The position numbers and the translations under genes were made by a program. Below are positions 1 to 11,949 of a DNA stretch of 64,000 nt, piece after piece (position 1 is the stretch's first letter; each line of letters begins with the position of its first letter). Below the pieces are notes generated by a model. The model searched no databases. It was not told the origin of the DNA and was given only the letters and a program-made list of their open reading frames with translations. Origin of the DNA: Mobula hypostoma. Its lineage: Eukaryota. The stretch spans positions 37,572,001 to 37,636,000 of the forward strand of contig NC_086108.1 of NCBI RefSeq assembly GCF_963921235.1, in the 5' to 3' direction.

Positions 1-1763
1 CTAAACTCCAAGGAATACAGTCCAAGAGCAGACAAACGTTCCTCATATGTTAACCCTCTCATTCCTAGAATCATTCTCATGAATCTTCTCTGTACCCTCT
101 CCAACATCAGCACATCCTTTCTTAAATAAGGAGACCAAAACTGCCCACAGTACTCCAAGTGAGGTCTCACCAGCAGCTTATAGAGCCTCAACATCACATC
201 CCTGCTCCTATACTCTATTCCTCTAGAAATGAATGCCAACATTGCATTCGCCTTCTTCACTACTAACTCAACCTGGAGGTTAACTTTAAGGGAATCCTGT
301 ACGAGGACTCCCAAGTCCCGTTGCATCTCAGAACTTTGAATTCTTTCCCCATTTAAATAATAGTCTGCCCATTTATTTTTTCTGCCAAAGTGCATAACCA
401 TACACTTTCCAACATTGTACTTCATTTGCCACTTCTCTGCCCATTCTTCCAATCGATCCAAGTCTCTCTGCAGACTCTCCGTTTCCTCAGCAATACCGGC
501 CCCTCCACCTATCTTCATATCGTCAGCAAACTTAGCCACAAAGCCATCTATTCCATAATCCAGATCGTTGATGTACAATGTAAAAAGAAGCGGCCCCAAC
601 ACTGATCCCTGTGGAACACCACTGGTAACCGGCAGCCAACCAGAATAGGATCCCTTTATTCCCACTCTCTGTTTCCTGCCAATCAGCCAACGCTCTATCC
701 ACGTATGTAACTTTCCCATATTTCCATGGGCTCTTATCTTGTTAAGTAGCCTCATGTGTGGCACCTTGTCAAAGGCCTTCTGAAAATCCAAATATACAAC
801 ATCCACTGCATCTCCCTTGTCTAACCTACTGGTAATTTCCTCAAAAAATTGTAATACGTTTGTCAGGCAGGATTTTCCTTTAAGGGATCCATGCTGAGTT
901 CTGCCTATCTTGTCATATGCCTCCAGGTACTCTGTAACCTCATCCCTGACAATCGACTCCAACAACTTCCCAACCACCGACGTCAAGCTAAAAGGTCTAT
1001 AATTTCCTTTTTGCTTCCTTGCCCCCTTCTTAAATAGCGGAGTGACATTTGCAATCTTCCAGTCTTCCGGAACCATGCCAGAATCTATCGACTTTTGAAA
1101 GATCTTCGCTAATGCCTCTGCAATCTCCACAGCTACTTCCTTCAGAACACGAGGGTGCATTCCATCTGGTCCAGGAGATTTATCGACCTTTAGCCTATTC
1201 AGCTTCCTGAGTACTTTCTCTGTCGTAATTGTGACTGCGCAGACTTCTCTTCCCTGTCACCCTTGAGTGTCCGGTATCCTGCTGTCTTCCTCAGTGAAGA
1301 CTGATGCAAAATACTTGTTCAGTTCCTCTGCCATCTCCTCATCTCCATTACAATTTCTCCAGTATCATTTTCTATCAGTCCTATATCTACTCTCACCTGT
1401 CTTTTACTCTTTATATACTTGAAAAAGCTTTTAGTATCCTCTTTGATATTATTTGCTAGTTTCCTTTCATAGTTAATCTTTTCTCTCTTAATGACCTTCT
1501 TGGTTTCCTTTTGTAAGGTTTTAAAAACTTCCCAATCCTCTGTCTTCCCACTAATTTTTGCTTCCTTGTATGCCCTCTCCTTTGCTTTAACTTTGGCTTT
1601 GACTTCTCTTGTCAACCACGGTTGCATCCTTTTTCCACTCGAAAATTTCTTCTTTTTTGGAATATACCTGTCTTGCACATTCCTCATTTTTCGCATAAAC
1701 TCCAGCCACTGCTGCTCTGCCGTCTTTCCCACCAGTGTCTCTTTCCAGTCAACTTTGGCCAGT
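1..1763 (-). mobile_element. CR1-clade LINE, ORF2 fragment (inter-domain region and RT), running off the window start
   Basis: Minus-strand ORF 1319-1780 (QPWLTREVK...NIKEDTKSFFKYIKSKR) is typical CR1 ORF2; RT motifs (SCLTN, YLDFQKAFDKVPH, KFADD) read on the minus strand at ~500-900. Confidence 0.9.
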
Positions 1764-1764
1764 A

Positions 1765-2166
1765 CATCATGAAGTATCATGAAGAGGAGAATCAGACAAC
1801 GGAGACCACGGACTGCTGAGCAGCTGAAGTCTTATATCAAGCGAGAATGGACAAAATTTCCAATTGCAAATCTACTACAATTAGTATGAGTTCCAAAATG
1901 ATTAAAAAGTGTTATTAAAAGGAAAGGTGATGTAACACAATGGTAAACATGCCTCTGTCCCAACTTTTGTTGAGTGTGTTGCAGCCATCAAATTCTAAAT
2001 TTGTTTATGTTTACAAAATACAATTAAGTTGGTCAGTAAAACTATTGAAAATCTTTTCTTTGTACTTTTGTCCGTTAAATAAAGGTTCACGTGAATTAAA
2101 ATATCACAGATTTTTGTTTTTATTGCATTTTGGAAAATATCCCAACTTTTCTGGAAATGGGGTTTG
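1765..2166 (+). mobile_element. Tc1-family transposon 3' fragment (transposase C-terminus and right TIR)
   Basis: Reads IMKRRIRQRRPRTAEQLKSYIKREW...SVIKRKGDVTQW*; ends CCCAACTTTTCTGGAAATGGGGTTTG followed by TA. Confidence 0.8.
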
Positions 2167-2194
2167 TACATGAGGGATGCAAAATATTAGCTAC

Positions 2195-4747
2195 AAAGAC
2201 CCTAAAGGGAGTTATATACAGGCCTTTGTACAGTAGCCAGCACATGGGATATAAATTAAAACTGGAAATAGAAAAGGCATGTAATAAGGGTAATGTTACG
2301 ATAGTGATGAAGGATATTAATATGCGTGTAGATTGGGAAAATCAGGTGGGGTTGGATCACAAGAGATGGAATTTGTAGAATGCCTTTGAGATGGCTTTTT
2401 AGAGCAGCTGGTGACTGAGCCCGCTAGCATAAAGGGAATCCTTGATTGGGTGTGGTGTAATTAACCAGATTTGATTAGGGAGCTTAAGGTAAATGAACCC
2501 TTGGAAGAAAGTGACCATAAAATAATAGAATGCACTCTGCTGTTTGATAGAGAGAAGATGAAGTCAGATGTATCAGTAAAGGGAATTACAGAGGCATGAG
2601 AGAAGAGTAGGCCAAAGTTGATTGGAAGGGAAAGCTAGCAGGAATGATGGTAGAACAGCAATGTTCTGCAGGCAATTCAGAAGGTGAAGAATAGATACAT
2701 CCCAAAGATGAAGACATATTCTAAAGGGAGGATGAGGCAACCATGCATAACAAGGGAAGTCAAAGACAGCATAAAAGCAAAAAAGAGGGTATATAATATA
2801 GCAAAATGTAGTGGTAATCTAGAGGATTGGGAAGCCTTTAAAAACTAACAGATGACAATTAAAAAGCATAAGGAGAGAAAAGATGAAACATGAAGGTAAG
2901 CTAGCCAACAATATCAAAGAGGATTTCAAAAAGTTTTTTCAGATATATAAATTGTAAAGGCGAAGCAACAATGGATATTGAATTGTTGGAAAATGACATG
3001 GAGAAGTAGCAATGGGGGAAAAAGAAATGGCAGATAAACTTTTAAAATATTTTGCATCAATCTTCACTATGGAAGACATGAGTAGTATGCCAGAAATTCA
3101 AGAGTATCAGGGGGCAGAAGTGAGTGTAATTGCTATTACCAAGGAGAAGGAGATTGGAAGTTGAAAGGTTTGAGGGTAAGTAAGTCACCTGGACCAGATG
3201 GACTACACCTCAGTGTTCTGAAAGAGGTAACTGAAGAGATTGTGGAGGCTCTAGTAATGATCTTTCAAGAATCACTGGATTCTGGAATAGTTCTTGAGGA
3301 ATGGAAATTTACAACTATCACTTCACTTTTGAAGAAGGGAGAGAGGCAGACAAAAGGAAATATTAAAGGAAAATTAGGTGACTTCAGTAGTTGGGAAGAT
3401 GTTGGATTCCATTATTAAAGATGAGGTTTCAGGGTACTTAAATGCACATGATAAAGTAGGCCAAAGTCAGAAGGTTTTCCTAAAGGGAAAATCTTGCCTG
3501 ACAAATCTGTTGGAATTCTTTGAAGAAATATCAGACAGGATAGACAAAGGAGAGTCAGAGGATATTGTTTACTTGGATTTTCAGAAGACTTTGACAAGGT
3601 GACGGGCATGAGGCTGTTTAATAGGATAAGAGCCCATGGTGTTACAGGAAAGATACTAGCACGGATAAAAGATTGGCTGACTGGCAGGAGGCAAAGAGTG
3701 GGATAAAAGGGGGTCTTTACTGGTTAACTGTCTGTGACTACTGTTGTTCTTTGATGGTTGGTATTGAGTTTGCTTCTTTTCATCTAATATATGTTAATGA
3801 TTTGAATGACAGAATTAACGGCTTTGTAGAAAAATTTTCAGATGATATGAATATAGGTTGAGGGGCAATTAGTGCTGAGAAAGCAGGGTGTCTGCAGTAG
3901 GTCTTGCACAGAAAAGGAGAATGGGCAGTGAAGTGGCAGATGGAATATAGTGTAAGGAACTGTATGCTCATGCATTTCCATTGAAGAAATGAAGGTGCAA
4001 ACTAATCTCTAAATGTGGAGCAAGTTCAAAAATCAGATGCACACAGTGGCTTAGTAGTCCTTGTGCAAGATTCCCTGCAGGTTGAGGAGGTGTTAAGGAA
4101 GGCAAATGCAATGTTAGTATTCATTTCGAGTGGACTAGAATACAAGAGCAAGAATGTGATGCTGAGGCTTTATAAGGCATTGGTCAGACCCCAGTTGGAG
4201 TATTGTGAGCAGTTTTGTACCACTTATCTAAGAAAAGATGCACTGGCATTGGAGAAGGTCTAGAAGAGGTTCATGAGAATGATTTTAAGTATGAAAGGAT
4301 TAATGTGTGATGAGCATTTGTTGGCTCTTGGCCTGTATTCACTAGAGTTTAGAAGAATGAGAGGGGATCTCATTGAAACCTATTGAATATTGAAAGGCCT
4401 ATACAGAGTGGATGTGGAGAGAATGTTTCCTATAGTGGGTGAGTGTAGGACAAGAGGACATAGCCTCAGAATTGAGGGTAGCCCATTCAGAACAAAGTTG
4501 AGAAGGAATTTCTTTAGCCAGAGGATAGTGAAACTGTGAAATTCATTCCCATGGACAGCAGTGGAGGCCAAGTCATTGAGTATATTTATAGTGGAGGTTG
4601 CTAGGTTCTGATTAGTTATGGCATGGATGGTTGCAGTGAGAATGCAGGAGAATGGGTTTAGAAGGATGATAAATCTGCAATGATGGAATGGCGAAGCAGA
4701 CTTGATGGGCCAAGTGTCCTAATTCTGAGCTATGTTTTATGGTTTTA
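2195..4747 (+). mobile_element. CR1-clade LINE ORF2 (endonuclease, RT) and 3' UTR, degenerate
   Basis: Fragments GVIYRP, KSPGPDGLH, FLKGKSCLTNLLEFFEE, YLDFQK, YVNDL..KFSDD, LYKALVRPQLEYC; many stops and frameshifts. Confidence 0.9.
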
Positions 4748-5035
4748 CAAGCTACTAATATATAACATACAATATACTAATATACAAAATAAATCCAGCA
4801 AGGAATTCAGGAGATACATTTATATCCAGAGAGTAATAAATATGTGCAACTTGATGCCACTTGAAGTAGTTGTAGAAAAGAATGAAGATGTGATTAAAGA
4901 GAAGCTTAGATACGAATAAAAAAAATTCAGAAAGGAGTGGATGAACAATAGTGAAAGGGCCCACACAATGAATTGTACAACAAGTTTGATCTTGATCTAT
5001 GTAAGATAACCCAATAGTTAGCCAAAAAGCCTTAC

Positions 5036-5342
5036 CATAATCTGTCATTGAAAGGCCTAAATGCTTCATTCGAGTCTTTACTAGTTCAGCCAGCTCTTGT
5101 CTCTCTGACCTTTTGCATAATGTCATGCGCTGGCGATTAATCCTGTCTGTTATTTTGTTGGAGTGTTTTGGTGCTTTCCTACTCAGCCGCCTTGCCCACT
5201 GCATGCTTTTACGCCTTAGTAAAGGATGATCTGATTGGTCACTGGATGTGGAGTTCCGGTGATAGTGGTTAGTGCGATAACCCATGTGCTCTTTGGTATC
5301 TTTTGTATCTTCCCAGTCCTCGATGCTGATGGATACTTGCGA
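5036..5342 (-). CDS. KCNT2: Internal coding exon of potassium channel subfamily T member 2 (Slick/Slo2.1), distal C-terminal region
   Basis: Translation [19 protein letters not shown]...[36 protein letters not shown]...[20 protein letters not shown] matches the KCNT2 C-terminus as I recall it ([22 protein letters not shown]; KCNT1 has KSLQW and QELSEL). Acceptor ttctttcag| at 5343-5344, donor G|GTAAGG at 5034-5035; 307 nt, phase 0 to 1, open frame. Confidence 0.92.
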
Positions 5343-5742
5343 CTGAAAGAAAATCAATATTTTAAGGAATAAACTTTGAGGCAAGTAATATAAAACATAC
5401 ATCACTCTGCTCTGAAATTTTAATATACGTACATTAATTTGTATATTTGGACACCCAAACTCCAGCCTAAAAAGCCATACACAAATATTAGGCTTATGAT
5501 TACATTGTTAAGCATGGGCCTACAAGTATACAACTAAATTTGAACCTGTACATCTAAACTCATTTATACAGTACATCCTAGCACTACTATGCATGTATGC
5601 ATCTAAACTTAACACTGCATATATCAGAATTAGGTTTAATATTACAGGCATATGTTGTGAAATTTGTTAATGTAGTGGCAGCTGTACAATGTAATACATG
5701 ATATAGAAAAAACAAGTAAATCAATTACGGTAAGTATATATA

Positions 5743-7390
5743 CAGTGCCTATAAAAAGTATTCATCCCTCCTTGGAAGTTTTCAAGCTTTATTGATTTTC
5801 AATATTAAATCACAGTGGATTTAATTTGGCTTTTTGTCACTGATCAACAGAAAAAGATACTTTCATGTCAAACTGAAAAAAAGATCACGACAAAGTGATC
5901 TAAATTACGTTTGTAATTACAAACATAAAACACAAAAAAATTGATTGCAATAAGTATTCACCTCCTTTAATATGACACACCAAATCATCAGTGGTACAGC
6001 CAATTGGTTTTAGAAGTCACATAATTAGTTAAATGAAGATCTGCTTTTGGAGACCTGTGTGCATCAAGGTGTTTCAATTGACTGTAGTAAAAATACACCT
6101 GTACCTGGAAGGTCCAGCTGCTGGTGAGTCAGTATCCTGGCAAAAACTACACCATGAAGACAAAAGAAAACTCCAAGCAACTCTGTGAAAAGGTTATTGA
6201 AAACACAAGTCAGGAGATGGATAAAAGAAAATTTCCCCAAGTCACTGAATATCCCTTGGGGTACAGTTAAGTCAGTCATCAAGAAATGGAAAGAATGTGG
6301 CACAGCTGTAAATCTGCCTCGAGCAGGCCATTCTCAAAAACTGAGTGATTGTGCAAGAAGGGGACTAGGGAGGGAGGCCACCAAGAGACCTATGACAGCT
6401 CTGAAGGAGTTACAAGCTTCAGTGTCTGAGATGGAAGAGACTGTGTACACAAAACCTCTTGCCTGGGTGCTTCACCGGTCGCAGCTTTATGGGAGAGTGG
6501 CAAAGAGAAAGCCACTGTTGAAAAAAAACTCACATGAAATCTTAGCTAGAGTTTGCCAGAAGGCATGTGGGAGACTCTGAAGTCAGTTGGAAGAAGGTTC
6601 TATGGTCTAACGAAACCAAAATTGAGCTTTTTGGTCATCAGACTAAATGCTATGTTTGGCATAAGCCAAACACTACACATCATCAAAAACACACCATTCC
6701 TACTGTGAAGCGTGGCGGTGGCTGCATCATATTGTGGGGATGCTTCACTGCAGCAGGCCCTGGAAGGCTTGTGAAGGGACAGGATAAAATGAATACAGCA
6801 AAACACAGGGAAATCCTGGAGGAAAACCTGATGCAGTCTGCAAGAGAACTGTGATTTGGGAGAAGATTTGCTTTCCAGCAAGACCATAACCCAAAGCTGA
6901 AAGCCAAAGCTACACAGGAATGGCTTATAAACAACAAAGTTAATGTCCAGGAGTGGCCAAGTCAGAGTCCAGACCTCAATCCAATTGAGAATTTGTGGCT
7001 GGACTTGAAAAGGGCTGTTCACTGACAATTCCTATGCAATCTGACAGAGCTTGAGCAGTTTTGTAAAGACGAATGGGGAAAAATTGCAGTGTCCAATTGC
7101 AAGCTGATGGAGACCTATCCACACAGACTCAAAGCTCCTATTGCTGCCAAAGGGACATTTATTAAATACTGACTTGAAGGGGGTGAATACTTATGCAATC
7201 AATTATTTTGTGTTTTATATCTGTAATTAATTTAGATCACTTTGTAGAGATCTGTTTTCACTTTGACACGAAGGAGTATTTTTCTGTTGATCGGTGTCAA
7301 AAAAGCCAAATTGAATCCACTATGATTCAATGTTGTCAAACAATAGAACATGAAAAATTCCAAGGGGGTAAATACTTTTTATAGGCACCG
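5743..7390 (+). mobile_element. Full-length Tc1 (IR/DR type, Passport-like) DNA transposon
   Basis: TA|CAGTGCCTATAAAAAGTATTCA ... AATACTTTTTATAGGCACCG; ~220-bp inverted repeats with inner direct repeats (AAGTATTCACC ~5952, GGTGAATACTT ~7182). Confidence 0.93.
6154..7172 (+). pseudogene. Tc1 DD34E transposase pseudogene
   Basis: MKTKE...NLPRAG...LYGRVAKRKPLL...WKKVLWSNETKIELFG...FQQDHNPK...[15 protein letters not shown]...KY*; frameshifts, an in-frame stop, and first catalytic D changed to N. Confidence 0.92.
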
Positions 7391-7437
7391 ATTGCATATT
7401 AAATAGTTACATTGAAAGTAGTGCAAAAACAGATGTA

Positions 7438-8062
7438 TGAGGGATGATTGCTAAGTTTGTGGCCTAAGGTAGAAGGAGTCAATTTTAGAAAACCTAGCAC
7501 ATTTATTTTTCCTACATTCACACACTTAGTCCAGCGGTCGTGGAGCATACGGATCCCTTCTTTGTAGAAGTTGGTGTCTTGGACCTCCAGAAAGTGGTCC
7601 ACAGCAAGGGTGATTGATACATTTGTGGCCTAAGGTAGAAGGAGATGAGTTATGAACTTCAAACTTTCTGCATTTTCACTCAAAAGAGTTGAACTGCATG
7701 TGCATGTAACAAGAGCTGTATAACCCTTCTCCTTCTACCTTAGGCCACAAACTTATCACTCCTGTTGTGGACCATCTGGAGATCCAAGACACTTTTGTTA
7801 TATGCACGTGCAGTTCAACTCTTTGAGTGAAAATGCAGAAAGTTTGAAGTTAATAACTTATCTCCTTCTACATTAAGCCATGAACTTATCAATCACTCCT
7901 GCTGTGGACCAGTTCTACAAAAAAGGGATCCGTATGCTCCACGACCGCTGGACTAAGTGTGTAGATTTTGGAGGGGAGGGATTATGTTGAAAAATAAATG
8001 TGCTAGGTTTTCTAACACTGATTCCTTCTACCTTAGGCCATGAACTTACCAATCACCCCTCA
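7438..8062. mobile_element. Palindromic mariner-derived MITE
   Basis: Flanked by TA; termini TGAGGGATGATTGCTAAGTTTGTGGCCTAAGG and CCTTAGGCCATGAACTTACCAATCACCCCTCA; both arms carry the mariner C-terminus FYK(E/K)GIRMLHDRWTKCV. Confidence 0.85.
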
Positions 8063-8515
8063 TAATAAAAGTGAGATAGTGTTCGTGGGTTCAATTTAGG
8101 AATCATATGGCAGAGGGGAAGACACTTTTCCTGAATCGCTGAGTGTGCCTTCAGGCTTCTGTCCCTCCTTCCTGATGGTAACAAGGAGAAAAGGGCATGT
8201 CCTGGGTGATGGGGGTCCTTATTGATGGACACTGCCTTTCTAACCACTTCTTGAAGATGTCTTGGATACTCTGGAGGCCAGTACCCAAGATGAAGCTCAC
8301 TAATTTTACAACTTTCTGTAGCTTCTTTTGATCTTGTGTAGTAGTTTCTCTGCTGCCCCCCACCCCCCCATACCAGGCGGTGATGCAGCCTTTTCGGATG
8401 CCCTCCTCAGTATATCTGTAGAAGTTTTTGAATGATTTAGTTGACAAACCAGATATCCTCAAACTCCTAATGAAATATACCCTCTATCTTACCTTTTTTA
8501 TGGCTGCATCGATGT

Positions 8516-8890
8516 AAGATCATAAGAGCATAAGACATAGGAGCAGAATTAGGCCATTCAGCCCATTGAGCCTGCTCCACCATTCCATCATGGCTGATCC
8601 AGATCCCACTCAACCCCGTACACCTGCCTCTCACCATATCCTTTGATGCCTTGGCCAATCAGGAAACAATCAACTTCCGCCTTAAATATACGTACGGACG
8701 TGGCCTCCACCACAGTTTGTGGCAGAACATTCCACTGATTTAATACTCTCTGGCTAAAAAAATTTCTCCTTACCTCTGTTCTAAAGGATTGCCCCTCAAT
8801 TTTAAGGCTGCACCCTCTAGTTCTGGATACCTGCACCATAGGAAACATCTTCTCCACATCTACCGTATCTAGTCCTTAACATTTGGTAGT
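8516..8890 (-). mobile_element. CR1 LINE 3' fragment nested in Rex1
   Basis: ORF 8588-8857 (SRTRGCSLKI..FRTEVRRNFFSQRVLNQWN) and a (CATAAGA)-type 3' tail. Confidence 0.85.
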
Positions 8891-10339
8891 AGGTCATGTT
8901 GGATATGTTGGGACCAGGTTAGATCCTCAGAGATCTTGATCATCCAGGAACTTGCTCACGCTGTCCACTTCTGATCCCTCTATGAGGACTTGATTTTGTA
9001 TTCCCTTGTCCTACCCTTTCTAAAGTCCACAATCAGCTCTTTGGTCTTACTGATATTGACTGCAAGGTTGTTGCCGTTACACTACACATATGCACTTAAG
9101 CTTGGTTGTACATGTATACTCCCTATATCTGGCTTGCATTTACACACTCAGACTCCAGCTTTACTGGATGTGGACCTCACTTAGGTTCACCTGACCCTGG
9201 GAATGTTTATGCAACCATTATAACCTCTAGTCTAAAATATCTCTGGAATGTAGAAAGGTAACCAAGTAATATTGTAAAATACAAAGATATTTTGCAGATT
9301 TAAATGAAATTTATCAGGTGTAATGTAAACAAAATGATATTTATCCTATTCACCATTTTTTGATGAGAAAGGTCATAAGCTCCTCCATCAAAATATATTC
9401 TTAAACGTGCATTAGAAAATAACTGTGATGCGCTTACCAAAGAGGAAATTATACCCTAACTTTAGAAATGATGTATTTCCATTTCCTGAACTTTACTATA
9501 ATGATTATTTTTACAGTAATTTAACTGCTTGATATAGCAGATTGATACTGGCAATTGTTGGAATTCATGCTGATCTGGTTCAAAATCAAATCACTAATGT
9601 TTAATGTAATGGAACCACTTATGGATATTGTAAGTTAAAGTCCAAACTCTAATCATTATCTTTGATGTAACATGCCTTTAGAAATCAATGACAACTTGAG
9701 ACATTAGATCTTAATTTAAGCGTAGACAAAAATAAACTTACTGTTTCAAATATGTTTTACAATAAATGTCTATTCAACACTTTGTACTTTATTATTCATT
9801 AGTCAGTCAAGCTATTTATTACATATGTCATTTTTGACGCACTACATGGCAACTTCAAAAAGTAATAACAATATGGTAAATAGAGGCTCATATCATATTT
9901 ATCTTCCATTTCTTATCATATTTGGACAATTTTATTTTCACAAAAATATCTTTGTTAACTGAGTAGAACTAAGATCTTTCATAGTTCTACTCACTTAACG
10001 GCATGTTACATTTTATTGAGCTTTTCTGTGAATTTCATTCATTCATGTAAAACTAAGAACATACTGACATACGATTTATCACATCTATATTTTCAATTAA
10101 ATGTAAATATACTAAAACCAATAAAATCAATTCTGTTAGTGTCAAAATCTGGTTAAATATATGCCTAGCATTACATCAGTTTTATAACTGTTCCAAATAT
10201 ACTTATTCTTATCATCTTTCCAACAAATGTTGTGTGGGATCATTTTTTGAATGCAACTGATTGATTTGATTGGCCATTAATTTCTGAAAAAGTAATCTTC
10301 AGCAACATTGATAAATCAAATATTTTGTTCTTATTAATC

Positions 10340-10690
10340 AAATGATGAGAGGTATAGATAGAGAGGACAGCCAATGTCTTTTTCCCAGGGTGGCAATTTT
10401 GTAATTTTAAGATGATACGAGGAGAGGATAGGGGAGATTCAGAGCTAGGGTTTTTTTTATATAAACACAGAGAGTCTGAAAAACACTGCCGGGGGTGGTG
10501 GTAGAGTTTGATGCTATAGGGACATTAAAGAGACTTTTAGATAGGCACATGGATGAAAGAAAAATGGAGAGTTATGTGGGAGAGAAATCTTACTGTAGAT
10601 TGATCTTCCTGTAGGTTAAAAGGTTGGCACAACATCATGGGCCAAAGAGCTTGTACTATGTAGCTTGTACTGTTCTATTTTCTATGTTCA
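10340..10690 (+). mobile_element. CR1 LINE 3' end fragment
   Basis: ORF2 C-terminal remnants and CR1 3' UTR (ggcacaacatcatgggcc...tgttctat tail). Confidence 0.7.
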
Positions 10691-11949
10691 AATTATTTTG
10701 TAAATTTTTTAAATGAAATACATAATTGACTTTTCCATGAAGGATACAGTTGTTCATCAAACTGCCTCTGTTGTGCACAATACCCTCTGACAAAAGGGAC
10801 CATGGCAAGATCGTGAAAATTGGGAACCAGTTCCACACCTCAGGCATGTCCTTTTGGCAAAGGTTGACTTAAATAACAAAACTCAGCTCTACCTTCAATA
10901 CACCAGGATAGATTTTGAAGAAAACCATATTTGAAGCTCATGAAATCAGAACCTGCATGCATCTGAGACCTAGATCATAGGACCAGGCCACTTGAAAAAT
11001 ATAACAATATATTATCTACAAAATTCTCCAAATATGCTCCAAATCAAAATTTGCATTCTTTACAAGTTGCTTGAAATTCCAGCATCTGCAGATTTCCTCG
11101 TATTTGCATTCTTTCCCAGGCCACCATTTCCAGCAGTGAAGCATTTGTTATACAAAGTCAGCTATATTGTTTGCATGCCCAACATCAGAGTCTCAAAGCT
11201 GACAATTTATTTCAAGTCCTGTCACAGTGTAGAACAAAAACATTGCAACATGATCATTTATTTCAACTGCCACACTTGAAAGTAATTCAATGATTCTGAG
11301 GCACACATGGTTGTGAGATGTGTAGTGTAAATGCAAGGCTTCTCTCTGTATCCTTTGTCATAGTTTATAGCTTAGATCTCTTATGTTTGATGAGCTTTCT
11401 CTGTAGTGCAATCTTCCAGTACCATGCTCAAGTGACCAATTTTCATGTCAAAATATAGTTGAATCCATGTCTGATTCTGCTCCCTCCCATCACATTTCCA
11501 TGCAAGCTACTGAAAGCACTTAACAACAAATTTCTTCTGTTTTTTCCCTTAGTGCACAGGAAGCAGAAGATAATTATCCTTCACCTTTGGTCTTCACGTA
11601 ATCTGTTATAGACAGCGTACTGCAACTCTGGTTTATAAGACTCAAATCATGTACAGTATATTTATCCTCAAAATCATCAACTCTTCATCATCACCATCAG
11701 TATCAGTTGTTCTCCATGTAAATAAATATTATCTATTTATAAGCTCCGTATTAAAAATAAACAGTCATAGCGAACATGTAATTAAATGTTCTATTGTAAC
11801 ACCATTATACATCTAACTCATGTCCTGAAATCCAGAGAATTAATTTTAGATAACATCTCTTGGTTAAAGGAAACAAGAAACTGAGAAAAAAAATATGGCA
11901 CAGCAAATATTATGGTTATTTTCATGAAAGAATCTCTTGAAGGATTTCA

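Larger units (their letters stand above)
5623..9082 (-). mobile_element. Rex1/Babar LINE 3' portion, interrupted by Tc1, a mariner MITE and a CR1 fragment
   Basis: 3' tail at ~5623; coding remnants HHPGHALFSLLPSGRR, CITAWYGG and KTKELIVDFRK on the minus strand at 8065-8515 and 8895-9082. Confidence 0.8.

Noticed and set aside
4755-5405. 216-aa ORF as a stand-alone gene
   Set aside because: Only 5036-5342 is exonic; the flanks are intron read-through past clear splice sites.
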